Source: Magallana gigas | Lineage: Eukaryota | Length of the DNA stretch: 64,000 bases | Direction of reading: 5' to 3' | Assembly: GCF_963853765.1 (NCBI RefSeq) | Contig: NC_088859.1 | Span: 6,572,001 to 6,636,000, forward strand | Shown here: positions 50,886-63,965 of the stretch, one piece after another | How the letters are laid out: each line of letters starts with the position of its first letter | How positions within the stretch are numbered: the first letter of the stretch is position 1 | The notes under the pieces: model-generated | Told to the model about the DNA's origin: nothing | Seen by the model: only the letters and a program-made list of their open reading frames with translations | The model's database searches: none | Translations under genes and position numbers: made by a program

Positions 50886-51912
50886 CACGACTTCTATTAA
50901 AGTACTTATCGCGATGGTTTTTATTTCACGCTGCTTAAAAATCAATTGATCAGAATATAAGCATTGAAACGTTTTTGAAAACTAATGATAGTATTCACGA
51001 TGGTTTTAATTTTGCGGAAACATATTAAATCGCGAACATAGTGAAATTAAAACCATCGTGATTATTTGCAAATCTACAGTATATGCATGGGCAAGTTTCT
51101 AGTGTTGTCACTTCGTATTTTGTCTTAAATAATGTATTTTCTGTTCAGTAACCAAGTTGTATAGAAGAACATGGCACGAATCTTTTTTCAGTCTTAGTCA
51201 CAGCTGGTCGTACGTTTTTCTACGCGTGGTCTACTGGCAGATATCAATGAAAATCTTGAAAGACACACAAGTGCATCTTACAATTTTGGAAGGATGTACG
51301 ATTCCCGTAAACACGCACGGTGGCTGTTGGGCATGCAGGAAATAACCATGGTTTCCTAGCGAGATCGGAAAGCGTACATGGCACTTGTGCTTTAACCAAG
51401 AAACCCGAATGATGACCGTACGATTTGAACTGCATGAATAACGTAAAAAGATCTCACTTGTAGCTTGAATTATACGTGCGTTGACTGCAAGTGGCATCTG
51501 CACACCAAGAACATATAAATTGAACGCACAGTAAACGTACGTTACACTTATGTCATGCTCACACCAATTGGTAATAGTGCGTGCAAAATGACTATAAACA
51601 GGGTTTTAATAAAAAATGATGATGAAAAAATCCCAAAAAGCTTAACTTGTTTCGAAAATGTAAATGGTTCTATCTTAGCATGCTTGCAGATCGGAGTGAT
51701 TGGGAAATTTTATGCCTTTTCTCTACTTCAATTACTTCTAATATCTACTTCAATATACAGTTCCTTCTTTTCCTCTTCTTTTTTGACTCTTATCTTTTTT
51801 TTTTCAAAAAGAACGTACACTGTATTTGTTTGTTTGAATTTGGGTTTTTAAAGGGATTTAATACTAGAATCTTTGATTTGATTTTGATGAATGTGGTAGA
51901 ATTTGGTTGATT

Positions 51913-54900
51913 CCGGTGTAACGAAGAATTTTGACCCGGGTTGAAAATTGACCCGGGGGTCATTTTTCCACGTTGAATATTGAGACCAAAGGTGTTGAAT
52001 AAAGACCCTAATCCGTTGAAAATTGACCCGCATCGTTGAATTTTGATCATGAAACCGGTTCAAAATTCAACAGCAAAGAAGCACAAATTAACGAATCAAT
52101 ATTAAAACTTGAGTCTATTTAATTAAAAATTATCAGTTTTTATTTATTTATTCTTTAGATTTACATCTTTCAACGTGGGGGGGGGGGGGGGGGGGGGGTT
52201 AAAATGAGACTTAAATAATTATGAATTTACATAGTATCCCTTTAAATATGTACATGTAATAACTATTTTATTCATAATAAACTTATCGCGTATAATTGAT
52301 GTTTTATGTGATATCTATATATTTTTAAAGAAGTATGTGTTTTTTAATAATATTAGTATACATGGTTACACGTTAAAATATTCAATTCCGTAAAACTCTT
52401 CTTTTTTTAAATTACAATACGTCATATTATTTAATTTTGGTTTTACGTTCACCCAGTAAATTGAAACTTTGATATTGTTCGTTGTAAATTTTCTGAGTGG
52501 GTGTAAATAAAAAAAAATTACAGTTTGTCATATTGAGATTTTTGTGTTTGCACCCACTCAGTTTGTTAAAACTGTGACTACCTGAATTTTGTATTCACAC
52601 CCATCCAGCCAATAACAGTTTACAAAATTATGATATGCTAACATGATTGTACTCTTTCATGAACAATGCTGTAGTAACTATATCTTGAAGCCGATTTTTG
52701 GTGTTTTATTTGTTCCGTTAGAATAACTTCTGATGTAACTAAATATCATCAAATCGCAAATTCTTCTAGGCATTAACAATTCTGCTTCATGGAATCTGTA
52801 GCAAGTTAGTAACCTAATTTTTGTACAGGATGACAATAGAATTTTGCTTTAACGTTTCTAAATTGCTTTGATCACAAAAATTTATCATAAATTTACTAAC
52901 AGTAATTGTTTTCGTCAATAAATTGGTAAATTGCATTTTTTGAATAGAAATGAGTAGTAGAAGATCATACAGCAGCGTTGGAGTAGATGAGTGACCTTCC
53001 TTTCACTGCCACCTACATTATTAATTTAATTCAAACGTGTTAAATGTGTATATAAGACATGAGGTACTTGAATATTAAATAATTATCTGAATATTTATCA
53101 TATATGATTGTATGACATATCGTTGGTAGAATTGTTCACTCACACCTATATTAACAAACATATCACCTTCATTTATACCTGCAGAGATACAAACATAAGA
53201 ATGAGATTTTCTTGATCCAGCCCATTTGAAAAGAACAGTAAATAAAAGGGAACTGTATATAAAGTAAAAATACAGGTAAAATACTTAAATAGGTTTAAAC
53301 AGTGTACCTTAAGAGAATCAAAAACGCTTTGGAGATCTAATATAAGTATAAACATGGGAAACAATTATATGAAATATCAGAACTACCATAAAGTATATAG
53401 TTCATATAAAATGGTACACTAATGTCAATAAGTTGTTTAAAAAGTTCGTCTCTTTGTTGAGTGTATCTTGGATATCCAGGGGAAAAATCACATTTCCTTC
53501 AGATTCAGACCCACAGTATAAACATCGACTCACATCAGATAAAAAAAAAATCCTTAAATAAGTAAGCTTTACTAGCTTTATTCCGTAATTGACGTAAAAT
53601 AATATTTCCTATTGTCTTAACTGAAAGGTTTGTAGGCTGTAGGTATATTTTGTTTTTGAAGTTTTGATTTAAAAGAAAGATAAATTTGATGAAATTTTCT
53701 TTTCTGCATGAAGATTATTCCATAATTTACATGTAGACGCGCGAAACAAAGCTATTGTAATAAGTATATAGTGGTAGATAGTAAAAAACTAATTTGATCT
53801 ATGATTATATGCATGTTCAGTAAGAAAATATGATTGAATTCAATTTAACATATCTTGTGGTGCTAAACCATTTATATTTTTGTAGAATATAATTAGTTTA
53901 TGGTTATCCCTTCGAGAGCAAGGTTTCCAAATTAAGCTCACTATATAAATTATTTTAGAAGAATTAACTATTATCCCTGTCACTGTCCTGGTTGCTTCAA
54001 TTTGTACATGTTTAAGCAATTCGGATTTTTCCTTGATACAGCTGCTCCAAACAATATATCTATCAGTTTTATACTTTTCGCATACCTTTTCATGTACATA
54101 CCATTAATATAATTAGATCAACAATCCTCCGACTGTATATTTATATGCAAACCTACTTGTTTTTAAATTGATAACATTTTTGCTGTAGAGGGTATATGTT
54201 TTTAATTTTGAGAAAATATATTACGTCAGTTGCCTGTGTTTCTAATTTACAGGTAAATAATAGAATTGAAAACTCAAAATAATAGAAATAAATTGCATTT
54301 TTAAGAAGAACTATTACTGTATATGCAGAAAATTGTATGGTGCTTCAATAAAGTTAATCAGACAAGTTTATGAAAAATTATTTTTAAGTCGTAAAAAATT
54401 AAAAACATGTGTAAATATGTATATGCTGTATATATACGTATAAAAAAAACCCAGTATATATGAAAAAGGATAAAAATATGACAACCATTCATTTATTATT
54501 TTGTCAGTGAAATATTCTGACTTCTTCAAATTAAGCATAGGTATCTGACATTATATCCTTTTGTCTTGATATAAATACATGTATATATATACCCTTTACC
54601 CAATAAAGCAGTACAGAGATTATATATTTTCAGTTATTAGAAAAATATACAACGTCAGGTGCCTGTCGAATAGAGTTCTGTTGAATTGCCTTAAAAGTGA
54701 CGATAACGGGCAATATGTTTGTTAGATATATTTATCAGAGATTGTGACAAGTTTAAACTTAAAATTCTGTCACATGAGGGAATGAAAACCATGTCATCTA
54801 TGTCAAAAAGCATTCTAGCCCTGCTCCATTCCGAATCAAACGGTCATCTTCTTAGCTTTATTTACATAGTATTGTAATAATAAATGGATATCATTGCATA

Positions 54901-55289
54901 TTTTCAATCTAAAAATTAAATGATTAATTGGACATATCAGCCTAAAAGAAATTAGCCACGTCCGCATAAGTATCGGACAGTATGTACATTTTAAAACTGA
55001 AACTTTCAAATATGTGCATGATTGTACATTTAAACCGTGTAGAGTAAGTTCCAGTTCAGATCAAAACTCTGAGGTTTGGGTCAATTCTCAACAGGATCAA
55101 TTTTCAACGGGTCGAGGTCATCAGAGTTTAGAAAAATCTTTCTCATACCGTTGAAAAATGACCCCGGGTATAAATTTCACGATTTTGGTCTCAATTTTCA
55201 ACGTTGAAAAATGACCCCCCGGGTCAATATTCAACGTTGAAAAATGACCCCCGGGTCAATTTTCAACCCGGGTCAATATTCTTCGTTCC
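51913..55289. mobile_element. ~3.4 kb TIR element, copy 1, with palindromic subterminal repeats
   Basis: Left end ccggtgtaacgaagaattttgacccgggttgaaaa; right end ttttcaacccgggtcaatattcttcgtt(cc). Repeated gggtca/tgaccc and caacgttg motifs near both ends. Confidence 0.8.
53318..54050 (-). pseudogene. Degenerate CR1/L2-type LINE ORF2 C-terminal fragment inside copy 1
   Basis: Broken frames give FYKNINGLAPQD, STCKLWNNL, YILYGSS and IVSHVYTYIRSPKRF*, typical of the post-RT region of CR1/L2-group LINEs. Confidence 0.75.
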
Positions 55290-58062
55290 TGTAACGAAGA
55301 ATTTTGACCCGGGTTGAAAATTGACCCGGGGGTCATTTTTCAACGTTGAATAGTGAGACCAATGGTGTTAAATAAAGACCCTAATACGTTGAAGACTGAC
55401 CCGCATCGTGGAATTTTGATCATGAAACCGGTTCAAAATTCAACAGCGAAGAAGCACAAATTAACGAATCAATATTATAACTTGAGTTTATTTAATTAAA
55501 AATTATCATTTTTACATATTTATTCTTTAGATATACATGTGCATGTTTCAACGGGGGGGGGGGGGGGAATAATGATTTTTTTTAAATTTACATATTATCC
55601 CTTTAAATTTGTAATAACTATTTCATTCATGATAAACTTTTCGCGTATTATTGCTGTTTTGTGTGATATCTATATATTGTTTTAAAATATATATGTATTT
55701 AAGAATATTTGTGTACATGGTTACACGTTAAACTACTCAGTTCAGTAGAACTCCTTTTTTTAATTCGCTGGAGAAGTGTACAAATATAAATAATTTTTAA
55801 AAAATTACAATACGTCATATTGTTCAATTTTGGTTTTACGTTCACCCAGTAGATTGAAACTTTGATATTGTTCATTGTAAATTTTCTGGGTTGGTGTAAA
55901 TACAAAATTTATAGTATGTCGTATTGAGATTTTCGTGTTTTCACCCACCCAGTTTGTTAAAACTGAGACTATCTGAATTTTGTATTCACACCCATCCAGC
56001 CAAGAACAGTTTACAAAATTATGATATGCTAACATGTACTCTTTCATGAACAATGCTGTAGTAACTATATCTTGAAAGCCGATATTTTTTAAGTGTTTTA
56101 TTTGTTCCGTTAGGATAACTTCTGATGTAACTAAATATCATCAAATCGCTAATTTTTCTAGGCATAAACAATTCTACTACATGGAATCTGTAGCAAGTTA
56201 GCAACCTAATTTTCGTACAGGATGACAATAAAATAATTTTGCTTTGATAGTTTCTAAATTGCTTTAATCACAAAAAATTGAACATAAATTAACTAACAGT
56301 ATTTGTTTTTGTCATTAAATTGGTAAATTGCATTTTTTCAATAGAAATATGTAGAAGAAGATCATACAGCAGCGTTGGGGTATATGGTTGACCTTCCTAC
56401 CACAGTCACCTACATCATTAATTAAATTTAAACGTGTTTTATTGAACGGAACGTTCAAACTATTAAATGGATTGGATAACACTCTTATCCTATGTAAACC
56501 CCATCAAGCATACAAAGTCAAGAAGAAATTATCTATGGTCATAGGAATATAATATTACAAGTATACAGAATATCATTGATATTATGTGTATATAAGACAG
56601 GGGATACTTGAATATTAAATAATTATCTGATTATATACCATATATGATTGTAAGACATATTGTTGGTAGACATGTTCACTCACACCTACATTAACAAACC
56701 TATCACCTTCATTTATACTTACAGAGATACACACATAAGAATGAGGTTTTCATGATCCAGCCCATTTGAAAAGAACAGTACTTAAAAGGGAACTATATAT
56801 ATTAAGTAAATATGCATGTATAATACTTAAATAGGTTTAAACAGTGTAAGTTAAGAAAATCAAAACGCCTGGGAACTCTAATATAAATATAAACATAGGA
56901 AACAATTTTACAATTGTATCTTAATAAAAATTCAGAACTACCATAACGTATATAGTTCATATAAAAAGGTACACTAATGTCAATAAGTTGTTTACAAAGT
57001 TCGTCTCTTTGTTGAGTGTATCTTGAACATCTAAGGAAAAAATCACATTTCCTTAAGATTCAGACACAGTATAAACATCAACTCTCATCAGTTAAAAAAT
57101 CCTTAAATAAGTAAGCTTTACTAGCTTTATTCCGTAATTGACGTAAAATAATATTTCCTATTTCCTTAACTGGAGTGTTTGTAAGCTCTATGTATATTTT
57201 GTTATTTAAGTTTTGACTTAAAGAAAGATGAAGTTGATGAAATTTTCTTTTCTGCATGAGGATTATTCCATAATTTACGTGTAGAAGGAGCAAAGCTATT
57301 GTAATAAGTATATAGTGGTAGATAGTAAAAAAGCTCATTCGACCTAAGAAAATATGATTGTATTCAATCTAACGTATCTTGTGGTGCTAAACCATTTATA
57401 ATCTATGGAGGGTAATCGTGTTCAAAAATCCAGACATGTAAACTTGTAAATCCGAATATGCAATCGTTTTGATGTGTGAGCCTGAGTATGAATATGTGTA
57501 ATTCTGATCGTGTAACCTATAAAACTCGGGCATAAACACGTGTAAGATTTGACTCAGTTCCTTTGCATGATGCACATTTTGTAACCTTATTGTTTACATT
57601 AGTTAATTAAACCTTCAACTTTGCACAATTTCAATCCGTAGTTTCTGCATATGTAACTTCAGGCTCGGCAATAGCACATCTGACATGATACAAATTGACA
57701 AATGTAAAGTCTACAAGTTTGTCGAATTTTGACATGACCTTATATGGACATGGTGACGTCACTGATAGAAAAAGGCTAGCTGCAGGTAAAGGCATGCCAT
57801 AATCGCCGGAATAGGGACGGAATAAATAAAAATATATATTAAATAGGCCTATAATCATATTATCTCTGGATAACAACATTTCATAGAGTATTATTTTTCG
57901 GAAAATTAAATTATGAGATTGGTGTACATTTTATCAAGACAATTTTTAAAAGATGCGAGTAAAGAATTCGTTCGACTTCAGACATCCTCTTAGAACTGAA
58001 AAAATTACATTTAATGACTTTGTTTGAATACACGTGTATAAAGATATATACGCGTTTTTATT

Positions 58063-58488
58063 CATAGGCGTCGGAACCGGGAGGGGGGTTGGGGGGGACT
58101 TAATTAGCCCCCCCCCCCCACTTTTTTTGCCAAGTAAGACCTAACCATTAGGAACATAGCAACATGGAGGATTCACACTCCCCCCTACTTTTTCCTCGCA
58201 ACAAACAAAATTGTTCCTTAAAAGACCTTCAAGAGAATGAAATATTAATAGTGATATTGAAAATTAGAGTCATAGTAGGTGTACTAGCACCCCCCCCCCC
58301 CACTACCACCACGGATTAGGAATTTCATGATTTGGGGGGGGGGGATTGGGCAGGTAAGATTGGAGTTATTGATATACCCTCCCCCACGGATTAGAATTTT
58401 CATGAATATGGGAATTCTTGTCAATATTTTTTATGATTAGTTTAGCCCCCCCCCCCCCCCGCCTTTCAATTTGCTTCCGACGCCACTG
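58063..58488. mobile_element. G/C-tract-rich MITE nested in the IS3EU-like element
   Basis: TIR cataggcgtcggaa ... ttccgacgccactg; apparent 5-bp TSD TTATT on both sides. Confidence 0.7.
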
Positions 58489-59277
58489 TTATTAGAGTAC
58501 ATGCAACAAATTGTTACAGTATAGGCCTCGGCTGAATTAAGAAAATATCTCCAAATGCATCCTTATTGCTACCACAAAGTTGTGACAAGACCTTCCTCCC
58601 CCCACACCCCCGCGAAAAATTACACGGGGTCGGCCAGCTTAGTTGCAAAGTTATCGATAAGAAAAACAAACTATTTAAAGACATTGGTTTTGAGATTGTG
58701 ATTAATATGAGACATAAGAGGCGACACCCTCTTTAAAAAAAATGAATAAAAATTCTAAAGATAAGGTTAACAGTCGTGAAATTAAAATATGTATATATAT
58801 TATTCTAAGAAATGTTTCTTTGCATTGTCGGCAATATATAGGGGGGGAAAAGCATATCATGCAGGTAAAAATTGACATTTTTAAAAATTATTTTAAGCAA
58901 TTATTACGGGATATGAGTATGACGTCCTAGATGTCGGTTCAATTCAGACTCACTTTGTGAAGTTGGTTGATAAAAATTTTCTGGAGAGCTATTATAATAC
59001 AGCTTTACAGCCACTTGTGAACTAGCTGCAGGTCTGTAGCTCCCTGTCTAAAAATACAGATGGACGATCTTTGAGCTACAGTGCCTCCCATAGTAAAACT
59101 TCAATTTACGGCGCACAAAAATACGCGCAGTTTTATATTACTATTGAAGATTGTGTTATTCTTTATCTTTCACTTACACAACAACAAAAAGTATAAATAC
59201 ATGTAAAGTAACATAATTTTTTCCGCGAAAAATTACCAAATCCTTGCAGGTCGTTTATTCTAACTAATTCAGAAAAA

Positions 59278-59560
59278 TAACAAGAGTAAAAATGGGGTAC
59301 TCTATATGCAATGTTTTTGCCCAAAAAATGACGAAGTTCAACAGCTGATATTTTTTCATAAATTATCAGAAATCAAAATCCTAGCAATTTGCATACCTCT
59401 GATATATATGTATAAATGATCTGCAAAAGAACAACTTCCTATCTTGAAAACTGTTCGAGGAGTTATCGGTACAATAAGGGTACCTTTTTGACAGCCACTC
59501 GCCCACCTGCAATTTTTACTATTTCAATAATCGGAAACCTGGTTAAAAATTCTCTCTCAA
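59278..59560 (+). mobile_element. Fragment resembling an oyster Helentron/HINE-associated repeat
   Basis: aacaagag start and ctgcaaaagaacaacttcctatcttgaaaactg...gagttatc.gtacaata motif, recognised from memory only. Confidence 0.35.
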
Positions 59561-60383
59561 AATTCTTAGAATCCAGATGCAATGGAGTTACATGGGACCT
59601 CATGGCGGTCTTCGAACCCTATGCCACTCAAAATATATTTACCCCCTTAGGAAATTTCTTGATCCGTCTCATTTCTAGAAAAGAGTACGCATTTACTTAT
59701 ATTCCAGTTTAAATTACATGTCAAATTTTATTTTTTAGAGAAATAAGATATTAGGCATTTCCTTTTATAATACGATGAGATTTATATTTATACGGAAATT
59801 AGCGCATTCGTCACATCGGCAACGATTTTTTTTCTACATGAACCTCTTCCTAATTGGTCCAGCTTCAATCATACCTCAATTTTTTTTTTCTAAAAATAAT
59901 ACCGGTGTTTTCGATAGAAAAGGTGTCGTTCATTAAAAGCTTATTGCAACAGTTTAGCTGAATATTCTGTTTATTTTTCGTCCATTCCGGTGGTTACGGC
60001 TTGCCTTTTCCCGCAACAAGGCTGTGGCCATATAAGGTCATGTCAAAATTCGACAAACTTGTAGACTTTACATTTGTCAATTTGTATCATGTCAGATGTG
60101 CTATTGCCGAGCCTGAAGTTACATATGCAGAAACTACGGATTGAAATTGTGCAAAGTTGAAGGTTTAATTAACTAATGTAAACAATAAGGTTACATGTAC
60201 AAAATGTGCATCATGCGAAGGAACTGCGTCAAATCTTACACGTGTTTATGCCCGAGTTTTATAGGTTACACGATCAGAATTACACATATTCATACTCAGG
60301 CTCACACATCAAAACGATTGCATATTCGGATTTACTAGTTAACATGTCTGTATTTTTGAACACGATTACCCTCCATAATAATC

Positions 60384-60590
60384 TTGTAGAATATAATTAG
60401 TTTATGTTTATCCCTTCGAGATTGTAAGGTTTCCAAATTAAGCTCACTATATAAAATGATTTTAGAAGAATTAACTCTGATCCCTGTCACTGTCCTGGTT
60501 GCTTCAATTTGTAAATGTTTAAGCAAATCGGAGTTTCCCTCGATACAGCTGCTCCACGCAACATCACAATATTCCAATCTAGGTCTGATA
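60384..60590 (-). pseudogene. CR1/L2 LINE ORF2 fragment, copy 2 (continues at 56860..57403 across the insertion)
   Basis: EYCDVAWSSC...LQIEATRTVTG...LYSELNLETLQSRRDKHKLIIFYK is the typical post-RT motif of CR1/L2-group LINEs. Confidence 0.8.
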
Positions 60591-62719
60591 AAAGACGAAT
60601 TTTAACAAGTGTTTACATGTATCTATCAATTGTGTGCTTGAATAATCTGAATATATTCAACTTTTTGCATGCCTTTCCATGTATACCATTAATATAATTA
60701 GATCAACCATCCTCCGACTGTATATATAGATGCAAACCTACCTTTTTAAATTGATAACATTTTTGCTGTAGAGGGTATATGTTTTTAATTTTGAGAAAAT
60801 ATATTACGCCAGTTGCCTGTGTTTCTAATTTACAGGTAAAGAATGGAGTTGAAAACTCAAAATATAGAAATAAATTGCATTTTTAAAAAGAACTATGACT
60901 CTGCGTATGCAGAAAATTAAATAGTGCTTCAATAAATTTAATCTGACAAGTTTATGAAAAATTATTGTTAAGTCGTAAAAAAAAAAATTAAAACATGTAT
61001 AAATATGTATATGCTGTGTATATATGTATAATACAGTATATATAAAAAAGGATAAAAATATGACAACCATTCATTAATTATTTTGTCAGGGAAATATTCT
61101 GACTTTTTTTAAGCTTAGCATAGGTAAATGACATTATATCCTTTTATCTTAATATAAATATATATACCCTTTACCCAATAAAACAGTATAGAGGTTATAT
61201 ATTTTCAATTATTAGAAAAATATACAACGTCAGGTGCCTGTTGAATAGAGCTCTGTTGAATTGCCTGAAAAGTGACGGTAATGGGCCATACATTTATTAG
61301 ATATATTTATCAGAGATTATGACAAGTTTAAATTTTAAATTCTGTTACACGAGGGAATGGAAACCAATTCTATGTCAAAAAGTGTTCTAGCCCTACTCGC
61401 CTGTTCCATTCAGAAGCAAACGGTCATCTTCTTAGCTTTATTTACATAGTATTGTAATAATAAATGGATATCATATTTTCAGTCTCAAAATTAAATGTTT
61501 AATCGGACATATCAACCTAAAAGAAATCAGCCACGTCCGCATATATATCGGACAGTATAAACTTTTTAAAACTGTTACTTTCAAATATATACATGATTGT
61601 ACATTTAAACAGTGTAGAGTAAGTTCCAGTTCAGATCAAAACTCTGAGGTTGGGGTCAATTCTCAACAGGATCAATTTTCAACGTGTCGAGGTCATCAGA
61701 GTTTAAAAAAATCTTTCTCATACCGTTGAAAAATGACCCCGGGTATAAATTTCACGATTTTGGTCTCAATTTTCAGCGTTGAAAAATGACCCCCCGAGTC
61801 AATATTTAACGTTGAAAAATGACCCCCGGGTCCATTTTTAACCCGGGTCAATATTCTTCGTTACACCCCCACAAAAAACAAAACAGTAAGTTTTCATCTT
61901 TGTTGAATTCGCTTGGTAAGTTGTAAACTTTTCCAAATGGAAATCATTGACTTTCTATTTTCAGGTATATCGATTTGTTTAACACTTTTATCTAAAAATA
62001 TGAATTCATTTAAATTATAACACATTGTTCTTCAAAATAATTTTCTCTTGACCCGTTTTGATAAACAGATACTGTTATTCTAAAGAACCATGTCCAATGA
62101 CTTCAATGACTTATGCTTGTATATGAAAGAACTTTGGTATGAAGATTTAAGTAGTTACGTTCTATAAAGTTTTATAAAAAAGATTATGCTTAAAAATTCT
62201 GTAATGATACTAAGATGTTTGAAAATATCAAGTCCGTCAAGTCAAATATTTTTTTTCAATACAAACTATGAAGTTTGATAAAAGGTATTTCACTATGTGA
62301 AAAAGTTATCGAAGTTTGTGTACATTTGCGCATGCATATAGGCAATTTGACATTTTTCTTTATGTTTTTTGAATAGTTACTCCTTTGTTTTCTGTAATAC
62401 AACTAGACTTAACAAACATCTAATTCTCAACAATTCGTCACAAAAACTAAAACTTAATGAACAATCGCTTATAACGCAATTTATTGATGTTCTATGTAAA
62501 CAATACACACTTTATGTGGTGCAAGTAATGGCTGACATTGCTATAATTTTATGGGCAATGCATAAAATGAAAACATAAAAAACCCAAAGTGGCAACTACA
62601 TGTATTTATCTATGTTATTATTTATATGAATTAGTTGATTTAACTTTATAATAATACAAGAACCGTATAAAAACACAAGATTTTAAGTTTAGTTCAAACA
62701 AAAACAATTCTGAAAATAA

Positions 62720-63965
62720 TTAGCAAACTGAACAGCTGTGATCTTGTCCTTTTTGAGATGGATGATGAGTGGTTTCAGTTGACGTCTTGTGATTTGGTTT
62801 AGGTTTCTTGTGCTCCGAAACCGATTTTTTCTCTTTTATAAATGGTTCCCCGTTTTTCATCCTGCAAATAAACTGATGTTTTCTCGTTCCACTAGCGATC
62901 TTGTACATGTTGTCGTCCTCGTCATAAATGGTTATGGATGCATTCTTCCAAAATCCTGCAGCCTCTGTTTGAAGGAAGTCAATGCAGGCCTGAAGAAGAC
63001 GGCGAAGGCCTGGTTTCTCATCAACTCCTTCATGACCTATGTAACGTACGATCATTTTCCCCAGATTTCTTTTGTTGATTTCTTCGACATCCAACAATTC
63101 GTCTTGGAACTAACAAAATTTATTCAATGATTGATTTCTTTTTAAAACAGCACTATTATAATAATTTTTCTAATTTACAAATAACGATATTTTCACTACA
63201 TTTTTATTAGATATTTAAAAATGTAACCCACTTGAACAATCTGTTGAATATTATTATATAGATTATGAACAAATCACGTACACTTAAAGTTCCCCGATGC
63301 TCCTTCATTCTTTCTACTAGACTTTTCAGATGTCTGTCATTGGGGTTGCTCTGAGTAACAGTGACATGAATTTAATATTTAATTCATATGCAGACGAAAT
63401 AATATCATTTCAGTTCAGACTTAATAGTTCAAGATAGTGTGAAATTTGATTACAAAACATACTGTTATTATGCCTTGAATTATATTCGTGGTCATGGTCA
63501 GAAAATCCATTATGTCTTTTTTTTCTTGTTCCTGTGACAAAGAAAAGCAACTACAATTCTATAACGGATTGGTTATTACCATTTGAAAAACAATTCCTTT
63601 TGCATAGATCATCCCATTTATCAAACCTTCATTTTCTTTCGAAGCAGCTCTTGTTCAGCTACCTAGGAGATAGAATTCATTTATTTTTAGTTATGAAAAA
63701 ATCAAGATTTTGAATTTCATACTTAAAATGTATATAAACGCTTAAAAATTCTATAAACATTAGGAAACCTGAAGGTTGCCTCTACAAGTTGTAATAGTTC
63801 TGTGAAGACTGCTCAGTCGCTCTTTCTTTGCTTCCTGGAAATAAAAATAAACAGAGACATTTTTATTACTTTTTTTTCATTAAAGTTCCCTTTAGTTATA
63901 TGTACCTGCAAACTTACCTGTAGCCTTGTTAGATATAAAATAACTTTTTCGTGCTGTTGTGACTG
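62720..63965 (-). CDS. 3' end of an unidentified protein-coding gene (5' part beyond window)
   Basis: Minus-strand phase-0 exons 63965..63918 (QSQQHEKVILYLTRLQ), 63834..63769 (EAKKERLSSLHRTITTCRGNLQ), 63662..63627 (VAEQELLRKKMK), 63531..63463 (EQEKKDIMDFLTMTTNIIQGIIT), 63350..63282 (SNPNDRHLKSLVERMKEHRGTLS) and terminal exon 63109..62720 (FQDELLDVEE...HSCSVC*). All introns are GT-AG and the frame is open. Confidence 0.8.

Larger units (their letters stand above)
57404..60377. mobile_element. Non-autonomous IS3EU-like DNA transposon, 2974 bp, ~345-bp TIRs
   Basis: Termini tatggagggtaatcgtg ... cacgattaccctccata. TIRs 57404..57747 and 60028..60377. Exact 6-bp TSD ATAATC at 57398..57403 and 60378..60383. 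The empty site is visible in copy 1 (~53870). TAY..RTA ends with a 6-bp TSD are the IS3EU signature as recalled. Confidence 0.8.
55290..61867. mobile_element. TIR element copy 2, directly head-to-tail with copy 1, interrupted by an IS3EU-type insertion
   Basis: 55290..57403 matches 51917..53875 and 60384..61867 matches 53876..55289. Right end cccgggtcaatattcttcgttacacc at 61867. Confidence 0.85.

Noticed and set aside
51157-52063. Cluster of overlapping 60-100 aa ORFs
   Set aside because: Mutually overlapping, no domains, partly derived from TE subterminal palindromes.
57631-60400. ORFs 57631..57879 and 60206..60400 as a transposase of the IS3EU-like element
   Set aside because: They lie within the TIRs and show no DDE motif; the element appears non-autonomous.
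62789-63130. 113-aa plus-strand ORF
   Set aside because: Antisense to the terminal exon of the minus-strand gene, which has the supporting splice chain.
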